Positions 49,673-58,736 of a stretch of 64,000 nt of DNA are shown piece by piece. The notes below the pieces were generated by a model. The model made no database searches, was not told the DNA's origin, and was given only the letters and a program-made list of their open reading frames with translations. Each line of letters starts with the position of its first letter. Within the stretch, counting starts at the first letter, position 1. Source of the DNA: an uncultured bacterium (GTDB lineage Bacteria; Babelota; Babeliae; Babelales; Babelaceae); the NCBI GenBank assembly GCA_963819815.1, contig CAWFXL010000001.1:480001-544000 (forward strand), read 5' to 3'. The position numbers and the translations under genes are program-made.

Positions 49673-51247
49673 TTACCAATGCTTTTTGAGTTTGCCATTA
49701 CTTACGATCCATTGTTTTAGCGCTTCCGTTAGGTAGCCATGTCGTACACACCAATTAAGGCTACGATTACCCCCCCAATGCGTTAAATAATGGCGGATTG
49801 TGGAATGCACGGCATCATATTGAGCACGCATATCTTCATATGTAGGAGCTGCCTTCACTACTGCATGAACCGTGCCTGTGACTGCGGCAGGAGGAACTGT
49901 CTTCGCTGCTTCTTGAATAACAGCTGTAACTGCTGCAGGAAAAGCTGCCTTTACGATTCCTTCAACATAAGACTCACTCGGTATAGAGGAAATGTACGAT
50001 GAAGCATTTTCCACATTAAGAGCACGTGTGGCAAATAATAGCAAACCACCTGTCGTTACTCCAGCTGCTCCAATCCAAAATATTGATCTCCATGACCAGC
50101 CTGAATTTAATGCTCTGACCATCTCTTCTGCATTCTTTCTACGTACAAGATCCGTATCAGCGAGTAATTCATCAAGATATTGCCCTACCGTTAGGCCTGG
50201 CTTGAGAAGCATGTCAGCATCGTAGGTACTTCCCCCCTGTCTTTTAAACATATCGGGATCCTCTAAACCCTCAATAAACTTTTGCTTCCAAGCAAGAGCT
50301 GCATCACGATAGCTTTTGATAGCATCTAACTCTAAAATACGCTCACCCAGATACCCCATACCTTCACATTTTTGTGCTAGAGATGTACCGGGCTTATAGT
50401 GAATTCGATCGACGTTTAACCTATGAGTGTTAACAAATTTATGAAGATCTGATAACCCAGAAACGATTGGCATATTCAAAATCTCTCCCATTTGAAATGC
50501 TGGTGTGCAAGCGGTGACACCGTTAATAAGTTCTAGTAGCCTTCGCTTTTCAGACGGATTTGAGCGATACGGTTGAAGTTCTCGCTTTATTCCAGCAAAT
50601 TTATTTTTTTGCGTATCGATATACTCACCAATAGTTTGAGAGGGTAAAGATCCTTCTTGTGCAGTATACTCAATCGCATCAATATCAAGTGAATAGCGTT
50701 TTACGAATTCGATGAAATCATCAACTCTTGTTTTTGTCGGATTAATAGCAACCCTTACAAAGAGACAAAAACACGTTTCCTCCAAACTTTGAGGGGTGTA
50801 TATTTTTTTTATTGCTTCTTCCATTCGCAGATTGTGACGAAGTTTCTCTAGAGACGCAGGAGAAAAAAGCTCAGCGATGAGCTTCCCCGCTTCACTAGTG
50901 TTACGAGCAATACTATTTCTTGAGTAATGAGCAACAAAATCTGGATCAGCTGACGAGGTACTCAGTAAGAAAGCAACAATATCGGTAGCAAGCCGATTAG
51001 TCGAGTCAGCAAATATACTTAATACGGTTCTATCGTTGACAGTAATAGTGCAAAATTCTTGTGGCGAGATGCATGAAGCTTTCCATCTACGTAATGTACG
51101 CAAAGTTTCTCGGAATCCTCTATGTTCAAGCATGTTATTTGCAGTTCCTTCACTGAGAAACTTAGCTAAATCATTATTGATTGCCATCTCCATTGAATAA
51201 GCTAAAGGCATACCTAGACACATCAAGAGAAACAAGAATCTTTTCAT
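49673..51247 (-). CDS. Secreted hypothetical protein with late TM helix
   Basis: Signal ending AYS|ME; IFWIGAAGVTTGGLLLFA; PAAVT repeat. Confidence 0.85.
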   Translation of the reverse strand: MKRFLFLLMCLGMPLAYSMEMAINNDLAKFLSEGTANNMLEHRGFRETLRTLRRWKASCISPQEFCTITVNDRTVLSIFADSTNRLATDIVAFLLSTSSADPDFVAHYSRNSIARNTSEAGKLIAELFSPASLEKLRHNLRMEEAIKKIYTPQSLEETCFCLFVRVAINPTKTRVDDFIEFVKRYSLDIDAIEYTAQEGSLPSQTIGEYIDTQKNKFAGIKRELQPYRSNPSEKRRLLELINGVTACTPAFQMGEILNMPIVSGLSDLHKFVNTHRLNVDRIHYKPGTSLAQKCEGMGYLGERILELDAIKSYRDAALAWKQKFIEGLEDPDMFKRQGGSTYDADMLLKPGLTVGQYLDELLADTDLVRRKNAEEMVRALNSGWSWRSIFWIGAAGVTTGGLLLFATRALNVENASSYISSIPSESYVEGIVKAAFPAAVTAVIQEAAKTVPPAAVTGTVHAVVKAAPTYEDMRAQYDAVHSTIRHYLTHWGGNRSLNWCVRHGYLTEALKQWIVSNGKLKKHW

Positions 51248-51583
51248 AGTAGCAATATCCTAATATAGGGGTTTATATTTACCAACGTTATACAGTAATA
51301 CTGTACCGTACATTTAATCAAGATTCAATTTCGAATGTAGCTCTTAAGACAAAGAAGATTCTGGAAGTAGATTACCTCGCCAAGAAAAATCTTCAGATGT
51401 CACTCATTCAAGTGGCATGGCACATCCAACAATTAGACACGCACATACGTGAATTGAAGGCGATTTTCGCAGCACTAGAAGAACTAGTGTTGAACAACGC
51501 TATCCATTTTTGCAGAGCAATCAACTTAATTTTCCAGACTAAAAGGCCCTACAACTCGACGAAGAGACGATGAGTTAGTCTCC

Positions 51584-52582
51584 TCACCATCCCTCTTCGT
51601 CACTATGCTTAGATGCGGTGCGTCGTCTTTTCGACTGATTTGATGATGTCGATGCTTCACCGTTTGAGGTGCTAGGATTGAGTAGTTCTTTGATAACTTC
51701 ACGGTACTCAGAACCAAGCTTCTTATTAAGTGCAGCATCTCGTAATAACAGGCAAAGTTCTCGCACCTGAATTATTCTATTGGTGAGTACTGTCTGAACA
51801 TTCTTGCTTGATGATCTCTCTAAATAATTTTGCATTGCGCGAGTGCTTTCAAGTTCATGTAATCGAGCATCTAAAAATGCTATCCATGAACCTGCAATAA
51901 AGTCCTCGTTTACATAGTCACTTGGACGCTCAATCTTAGTTTTGCTATCATCAAAGTCTATAACTCTTCCCCATTGCTGACCAAGAACAGCAGCTTCTAT
52001 CTCATAGAGGAGATCTACGACAAAAACAACTTCCTTGCCACAACAAATATTAGTATCCTTCAAGCGAAAAGCTCGATATACACTTGGTTGCTTCGCAATG
52101 ATACCCTTGATTTGACCGAGTTGTTGGATTATAGCACTTAATCTACCAGTAAAATCATCAAGCTCCTGTTTTTGCTTTTCCTCTCGCGCAATACACGAGG
52201 CAATATAGAGTGCGAGTCTTGTTCTTGATCCATCTGCAATGGATGAAGATAAGGAGGATAGAAGATTGGAGATATCTGACTTGAGTGCTTCTTGAGGATC
52301 AATTACCAGCTGAGGTCGATTTGCAACTGCACTAACAGCCGGTACTGCCGCTGTCTCTTTAACTACGACAGGCTCTTTAGCTGTGACAGGCTCTTTTACT
52401 ACAACAGCTCGTGTTCGGGTTGTCACGCTAGAAGGCACCCCAGAAGAAGTCGGGTTCGCTTCAATTCTTTCTTTAAGCTCTTCCACTAATGATCGTTTTC
52501 GAGATGCTACAACAGAAGTGGTGCTTGATGCCGCAGCATCTAGGGTGATACAAGTAACTAGGACGAAGAGCTTTTTTTGCAT
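51584..52582 (-). CDS. Secreted hypothetical protein
   Basis: AAAGGA RBS before MQKKLFVLV; KEPV repeats; basic motifs RKRS and SKRRRT. Confidence 0.82.
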   Translation of the reverse strand: MQKKLFVLVTCITLDAAASSTTSVVASRKRSLVEELKERIEANPTSSGVPSSVTTRTRAVVVKEPVTAKEPVVVKETAAVPAVSAVANRPQLVIDPQEALKSDISNLLSSLSSSIADGSRTRLALYIASCIAREEKQKQELDDFTGRLSAIIQQLGQIKGIIAKQPSVYRAFRLKDTNICCGKEVVFVVDLLYEIEAAVLGQQWGRVIDFDDSKTKIERPSDYVNEDFIAGSWIAFLDARLHELESTRAMQNYLERSSSKNVQTVLTNRIIQVRELCLLLRDAALNKKLGSEYREVIKELLNPSTSNGEASTSSNQSKRRRTASKHSDEEGW

Positions 52583-52637
52583 AATCTTTATTCCTTTAGA
52601 TTGGCAGCTTTTTTTACAGAATGAATTGTTCGGATTC

Positions 52638-52665
52638 ATTGTATTCATAATAAGGCAAATGTCAA
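52638..52665 (-). promoter_or_regulatory. Sigma70-like promoter
   Basis: TTGACA-N16-TACAAT. Confidence 0.55.
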
Positions 52666-52742
52666 TTCCAAGAAAAATCCAAACTAGCAATTTACGATGA
52701 AGGAGGAACAGCATAAGGTATTTTCGATATCTATCATAGAGA

Positions 52743-52985
52743 GTGAATTCACCGGGTCTTAAAAGACACGGCTTCCTACTTCATTGAAACCGCCAATGCA
52801 AGTCTCTCCATAGGCATTAAGCTTGTCAATCCCAGCCGAGCTATAGGCAGTGCAGCATTTATATCTCGATCCAGCTTTAATCCACATCCGCAACAATCAA
52901 ATACTCGCATGCCCAATCGCATTTCTTGTTTGTTGCCACATGATGAGCACAGTTTACTTGATGGGTAGAATCGATAAACCTGATA
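52743..52985 (-). mobile_element. tnpB: IS200/IS605 remnant: TnpB C-terminus plus right end
   Basis: Unlisted frame VYRFYPSSKLCSSCGNKQEMRLGMRVFDCCGCGLKLDRDINAA; ends GAAGTAGGAAGCCGTGTCTTTTAAGACCCGGTGAATTCAC (hairpin + TCAC). Confidence 0.88.
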
Positions 52986-53297
52986 GACCGAGAGAACTCG
53001 CTAAAGTGACAAATAAAGAGAATCCAAGTGCACCTTTCTTAATGAAATAATTTCTTATTCTTAATATATGAAAAACATACCGTACAAACTACCCCTTATT
53101 CAAGAGTTTCTGTCAATGGAGCAACAACCCTTGCGGCTATGTAAGGTAGCTGACAATCTTCACATAAAGATGACCCGATCATGTAATTGGGGAACACTTA
53201 GACCTGGATAACGGTCAAAGTTATGATACTATTTGCAAAATAATACTATAAATGATATAATTAGATTCTCAAATAAATAATCAGAGGGGATATTATT

Positions 53298-53849
53298 ATG
53301 AAATCAATCACCACGTACTTCCTCCTTTTTGCATGTACTCCGAGCGCTCTATACGCTATGGATGCCACTAAAATGCATACAAAGGCACCGTTACAAACAC
53401 CTCTTCACGCTGCAGCCCGTTTGGGGGACAAACGAGAATGCAAAGCACTTATTAAGCAGTACCTTCTAGCCCGCAAGGGAGGAGTCGACCCATTAGACTC
53501 TAATGGCAATACACCATTACATATTGCTGCTTTAAAAGGGCACTATACGATATGTGAACTCCTCATCAAAAATGGGGCTAACCCCTCTATGAGGAACCTC
53601 AGAGGTCAGATTCCCTATGATGTACGAAAACGAGGCCTTAAGCCATCGCTCCAAGAAGATTTTGCAGAGCTTCTAATCCCGCATGGTACAACAAGCGATA
53701 CGAGCAGCAGCGATAGTGAGACAGATGATTCTGCTACGGAAGTAGATCCTGTAGAAGGAGTAGCAGGCAGCGACAACGAAAACAATGTGTTCAACGTACG
53801 TCGACGATCAAGGAGTAAGATCTACGGGCCGGCTAGGTATTCACTGTAA
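53298..53849 (+). CDS. Small secreted ankyrin protein with acidic/Ser tail
   Basis: QTPLHAAA and GNTPLHIAA; SDTSSSDSETDDS; RRRSRSK. Confidence 0.9.
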   Translation: MKSITTYFLLFACTPSALYAMDATKMHTKAPLQTPLHAAARLGDKRECKALIKQYLLARKGGVDPLDSNGNTPLHIAALKGHYTICELLIKNGANPSMRNLRGQIPYDVRKRGLKPSLQEDFAELLIPHGTTSDTSSSDSETDDSATEVDPVEGVAGSDNENNVFNVRRRSRSKIYGPARYSL

Positions 53850-54103
53850 CTTCTGTGTATACAAGCTTGCATTCGCATCAGGTATGTTATTTGCAACCTC
53901 AGAGGCGCAGCTCAGTTTTATGGGCTTCTAAACGATATCAAGACTGATCTGCACACATAGAAAATATTTTCTCATAAACCTACTATATTATTGACAATTG
54001 TTGAAGAAAAGTGGTATTTTATCTGATAGAGGGATGGATCTAACGTCCATGGCCTCAAATGTAATCGTGTTGCATTTTAAACCCACTAAGAAAGGAACCC
54101 TCC

Positions 54104-54415
54104 ATGAAAAAATATTGCATTGGACTCATACTAGTAGTAGCTTCAAGCTTGAACCTGTATGGATCACCCGCACTTGACAAATCACAAATCTTTGCAATTC
54201 TTGAACGTCTTGCAGCTACTGAAAACCCCAATCAAGCAGACCAAATGGAACTTGTACAAGTTGGACAAGCGCTGACGCAGATGGATAACAAGGATTTCAG
54301 TGAAGATGAGGCCAAAAGGCTTGCTGCACTAAGTCAACTAATAACCTGCAAGGCATTACTTCCGATGTGTACTATGTGTACGCAGGTTGTAGAGGCGGCC
54401 CAGTCACCAAAATAA
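54104..54415 (+). CDS. Small secreted hypothetical protein
   Basis: AAGGA RBS, signal peptide, C-terminal CxxC. Confidence 0.75.
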   Translation: MKKYCIGLILVVASSLNLYGSPALDKSQIFAILERLAATENPNQADQMELVQVGQALTQMDNKDFSEDEAKRLAALSQLITCKALLPMCTMCTQVVEAAQSPK

Positions 54416-54633
54416 AATCGAATCCCAGTAAACTGATAAAAACGATCTTTAGATCTGCAGAAGTTTACCTGGAAGTGAAAGTACGAGTATAGATTGTATA
54501 TTCATACAACTTTCGATTCTCCCTTTTCATAATCACTCTTACTAGGAGCAGATTTTTTAGTAGCGAAGTTTTAAGAGCATAGTGTTTATGCTTACGATAA
54601 GGTAAACCTAGAGTATTGAAAAAGGACCGTCCT

Positions 54634-55041
54634 ATGATAAACCTGATACTCCTCATCTTACTCGGGATAGGCTTTTGCGTATCACTCTACGCCTTTAGCA
54701 TAGAACAGAAAATTGCAACCAACCCTCAGTATAAACCAGCATGCAATATTTCTGATCGTATATCATGCACAAAGCCATTGCTCAGCGCTTATGGCAAATT
54801 GCTTGGATTCTCTAACTCTATTGTCGGATTGCTCTTCTATCCAACCATGGCAACTCTTTTATTCGTTGGAGAAGATCTTTTGCTCCTCATTGGTGCAGTA
54901 GGATCGTGTATCTTTACGATCTATTTAGCCTATATTCTGTTTGCGAAGGTAAAGGCACTTTGTTTAATCTGCCTCACGATTTACGCTGTGAACTTGTGTA
55001 CTTTGGTTGCGGCTTTATACAAGTATTACGGCTGGACATAG
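54634..55041 (+). CDS. Vitamin K epoxide reductase (VKOR) family protein
   Basis: Loop cysteines CNISDRISC, active-site CLIC, 4 TM segments. Confidence 0.92.
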   Translation: MINLILLILLGIGFCVSLYAFSIEQKIATNPQYKPACNISDRISCTKPLLSAYGKLLGFSNSIVGLLFYPTMATLLFVGEDLLLLIGAVGSCIFTIYLAYILFAKVKALCLICLTIYAVNLCTLVAALYKYYGWT

Positions 55042-55209
55042 AAAGCAGAAGATACAAGATCACTCAACTCCTCTACTACTAGATCACCTGAGAGAAAGCA
55101 TGTAATGCAATTTTATCTTTAAATTGTTATCAATAACCGCTTTCATAAAATTCATATTCTTTTTATACTCATCAAAAAACTAATGCGATCAAAAACCAAA
55201 AAGGAAAGC

Positions 55210-55755
55210 ATGCCAGCTGTTTTTAAATGGATAGATACTCCTGTAGGGAATGTAAAGATTATTGCTCATGATAAGAAACTTAGCGCACTCGTATGGGAGA
55301 AATCCCAAGAATTACCTACAAGTGGCTCGCTTATTGAAGATTCCAATCATAGTATCTTATGCGCAACAGAGGCACAGTTAAAACAGTTCTTTGCAGGTCA
55401 GCGCACTTCTTTTGATCTTACTCTAGAGCTGCAAGGCACGCAATTTCAAAAAGAAGTATGGTTGGCATTATCTGAAATTCCCTTTGGTATAACCGTAAGC
55501 TACTTATCTATCGCCCAAAGAATTGGTCGACCACAGGCCGTTCGTGCGGTCGGGACTGCGATTGGAAAAAATCCCTATTCTATTATCATTCCGTGTCATC
55601 GTGTTATTGGCATAAATGGAAAACTCACCGGTTTTGCAGGAGGATTATCGGTAAAGCAAAAGCTTTTGGATTTTGAAGCATCGGTCTATAAAGATATGCA
55701 AAATGGAAAAACATCATCCCATCTAGATGGGAAGGTAACTTGTATCGAGGTATGA
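55210..55755 (+). CDS. ogt: Methylated-DNA--protein-cysteine methyltransferase
   Basis: GTQFQKEVW, AVRAVGTAIGKNP and the PCHRV active site; AAGGA RBS before MPAVF. Confidence 0.93.
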   Translation: MPAVFKWIDTPVGNVKIIAHDKKLSALVWEKSQELPTSGSLIEDSNHSILCATEAQLKQFFAGQRTSFDLTLELQGTQFQKEVWLALSEIPFGITVSYLSIAQRIGRPQAVRAVGTAIGKNPYSIIIPCHRVIGINGKLTGFAGGLSVKQKLLDFEASVYKDMQNGKTSSHLDGKVTCIEV

Positions 55756-57159
55756 TGAACCCGTATCGGCGCCTCTCACACCGGCTACCAGCAGTTCAAG
55801 CAAACCCAGTGATGGTTGATCGTATGGGCTTATCTTCCAGAGCGCGAAGCTACTAGCCGATTCCACCAGAGCACGTGTACCATTAGCATTAAAATCCACC
55901 ACAAGCACTGGGTCAAACAACTGAGAAGATCCGAACGTTTTTATAAGTTTTTGGGATGCTACATCCCATTGAGTTGCTGTACCATCCTGAGAGCCAGTAA
56001 GAATCTGACTAACATCGCCATTAATGGCTACTGCAGTAATAGGTTTTAATTGTTTAAATGTAGCGATGCACGTACCTGTAGCAGTACTCCATAACATAGC
56101 GATGCCGTCTTTAGATCCAGTGAGGACATACTTTCCATTGCGGCTAAACACCGCCGCCTGAATTGGGGCATCGTGACTCAACGTACGAATTCTCGTTCCA
56201 TTGCCAGCATTCACTAAGCATGCTTCACAGCGAGATTCTACAGAGTCTGTAAGAATATACGCAATCTCCCCAGGATGAAAACTTACTAAGCTCATGAGAT
56301 TCGAGTTAATGAGATGTGCTTGCAAGAGGAGTGTACCAGAGGTTACATCCCACAACCTGATCTTTCTGGTATATCCTTCTGCAAGTACTTTTAGGCCATC
56401 TCTACTCATGCAACAGCACTTAACAGGTTCGCCAAAATCGAATGTCCCTGTAAGTGCACCCGTCATCAAGTTCCATAGTTTAACCGTATGATCTTTGGAG
56501 CCTGAGAGCACTTGATTTTGGGTAGGACTAAAAGAAACCGATGTAACTACATTGTAATGCCGATATATCATCTCAGGCAAAGGATCAGTAACTTTCCAAA
56601 GAGTAGTAAGAATGAACTTTCCATCATGACTTACATCAACAGAAAGCACAGGCTTGTCCTGCTTAAGGGTCTTTAGAAGAGTACAGTCCTTTGTCTTCCA
56701 GAGCTTGACAGAACCATCGTAAGCTCCGGTAACAAGATATGTGCCATCAGAACTAAAAGCGCGACAGGTAATATCCCCAGCATGCTCTAAAATACCCTGG
56801 TAATCACCCGAAGGCAACGCAAACAGGCATGCCCCGATATGTTCCATAGAATTATTATCCCGACTCATAACAATAACCTGAGAACTATCTGGTGTAAACC
56901 CAGACAAATTCTCATGCCGCAGATTAAGCTGCAACATCTCAACTTCTTCATTGGAGCCAGTAGCTCTCGCTTCACTTCTTGCCTGGGAAAAGGTATTAAG
57001 CGCCTGTACTGCCTCTAGCGAGCTACTCGATGCTTCATCCCCAAACGCAAGAGCACTCGCAGCAGTGCTACTAATCGTATGCGCTAGAGTCATACCATCT
57101 AATGCGAAACCCCCAGCGGAAAAGACTATAAGAGCGCTCACCGTTTGCAATCGTTTCAT
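55723..57159 (-). CDS. Secreted WD40-repeat protein
   Basis: Repeats such as FSSDGTYLVTGAYDGSVKLW and VLSGSKDHTVKLWN; 3' end overlaps ogt by 33 bp. Confidence 0.92.
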   Translation of the reverse strand: MKRLQTVSALIVFSAGGFALDGMTLAHTISSTAASALAFGDEASSSSLEAVQALNTFSQARSEARATGSNEEVEMLQLNLRHENLSGFTPDSSQVIVMSRDNNSMEHIGACLFALPSGDYQGILEHAGDITCRAFSSDGTYLVTGAYDGSVKLWKTKDCTLLKTLKQDKPVLSVDVSHDGKFILTTLWKVTDPLPEMIYRHYNVVTSVSFSPTQNQVLSGSKDHTVKLWNLMTGALTGTFDFGEPVKCCCMSRDGLKVLAEGYTRKIRLWDVTSGTLLLQAHLINSNLMSLVSFHPGEIAYILTDSVESRCEACLVNAGNGTRIRTLSHDAPIQAAVFSRNGKYVLTGSKDGIAMLWSTATGTCIATFKQLKPITAVAINGDVSQILTGSQDGTATQWDVASQKLIKTFGSSQLFDPVLVVDFNANGTRALVESASSFALWKISPYDQPSLGLLELLVAGVRGADTGSSYLDTSYLPI

Positions 57160-57323
57160 GAAATGAACCTTTCGGGATCCATGATCTTTTTAGATTTACT
57201 ATTTGACAAAAGAGTGTATACTTTACATTAGTATTATTACTTATAACTTATACAAATAAACATGTCAATGTGGCCATGTTTACACTGAAGCCGCTTTGTA
57301 TACACTAACACTTGAGGTCCATA

Positions 57324-58622
57324 ATGAAATATCTCATATACACATTGCTCTTAATTCTCAGACTTTCTCCCGCTGCCGCAATGATGATGGATAAGGCTCG
57401 TATTGAAGAGGATGCTGGAAAAAATCTCTACCCTGCGATTCAAAAAGTATCGAATACCTTCTATACCAGTAAAATACCTCATAAGAATTTAACGCTGGTT
57501 ATGGAGCGAATTGACGGACGTACCCTTCCTTTGTGGCTCAACTACATCTCAGTTCAAAGCAATGAGCGAGTTACCATGCTAGCGAGTAGCGATATAAAAG
57601 GCACTACTGGTGATGGTTCTCTTCATTTTAAAAAAGTTTTAGAGGAAGCACTATTTGAAGCAAATGAGGTATGGGTTGCTTACGTTAGCAGGTCTGATAA
57701 TCCACAACCAATCCCTGATTCGATGGAAAAATATTCAGTTAAGACAATTGACAATCTTGTTCCTTTTGCCAAAGATATTGAAATGTTTTTAACGGTTACC
57801 TCTTCACCACAAGCACTCATTACTTCACATGTAGGTATTGCAAGCACCTACGAAGGTTTTTTGCAAGGTCGCACGAAAGGCACTTCACTTGATCTACACT
57901 CTTTTGCAGCCAAAGTAATGCTCATGCGCAATCCAAAAAGAAGATGCATGGTTAATGCTCCCGGATTTGCCATGGGAAAAATGATGTTAGATACGCTGCC
58001 TCATGCAACTTTTTTCGGTACACGCGAAATGCTCCAGGTAATGAAAGAGCGACAAAAAGTATCCTTTGAAGAATTTAAGAAAGACAATGAAACGTTGACT
58101 ATTAAAATACTCAAAGAAATGGCGGCTAAGCAAGCAGTGCGCTTTAACATGAGACTCAAATCCTCTCTTAGCCAGCTTCATGAGGGTAAACTTGAAAATG
58201 AAACTGAAGAAAGCCTACACCAAGAAGCTGTCGAGTCTATTCCACCTCAGGCTGTGATAGAACTGCAGGGTGGGAACTTTGTTATCTCAGAATCAAAAGT
58301 AGCCGCTCGCCTCCCTAATAAACTCCAGGAGGCGTATAATGACTTTAAGAACCCTTACCGTCTTCCTGGAGAGGTCAATGCAGAAAGTTTTCTCGCATTG
58401 ATGGAAAAGCATCCCCCTCTTCTTTCTGTGGATGAAGTTACCGCTATCAAAAATTCTTTTGCTCTTTTTGGTTCTGAAAAGTCTGCAGAACCATGGTTGT
58501 CGGTTGTTGATGGAAATACAAACTACCAATGGATGTTTACCGGAACTTTTCGTCCTACGGGCTCCACATATTACTTAGTGGTAGACTTGAGAGCTTTGGC
58601 AGAGAGCAGACCAGTTGCTTAA
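57324..58622 (+). CDS. Secreted hypothetical protein, single-domain paralogue of 34141..36144
   Basis: GAGGT RBS; signal peptide; co-linear with the paralogue through to DL.ALA.SRP.A*. Confidence 0.88.
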   Translation: MKYLIYTLLLILRLSPAAAMMMDKARIEEDAGKNLYPAIQKVSNTFYTSKIPHKNLTLVMERIDGRTLPLWLNYISVQSNERVTMLASSDIKGTTGDGSLHFKKVLEEALFEANEVWVAYVSRSDNPQPIPDSMEKYSVKTIDNLVPFAKDIEMFLTVTSSPQALITSHVGIASTYEGFLQGRTKGTSLDLHSFAAKVMLMRNPKRRCMVNAPGFAMGKMMLDTLPHATFFGTREMLQVMKERQKVSFEEFKKDNETLTIKILKEMAAKQAVRFNMRLKSSLSQLHEGKLENETEESLHQEAVESIPPQAVIELQGGNFVISESKVAARLPNKLQEAYNDFKNPYRLPGEVNAESFLALMEKHPPLLSVDEVTAIKNSFALFGSEKSAEPWLSVVDGNTNYQWMFTGTFRPTGSTYYLVVDLRALAESRPVA

Positions 58623-58736
58623 CTTCTTAAATTAGATTTTTGCTGTGAGGTGAAGAACTACTCTTATGAGTTGATAAGCCATTCATTGTATGTAGTATAA
58701 TTTCCTGATGTACACTTTAACTAAAAGGTAGGATAT

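Noticed and set aside
51350..51530. Coiled-coil-like frame resembling a transposase middle region
   Set aside because: No diagnostic motif
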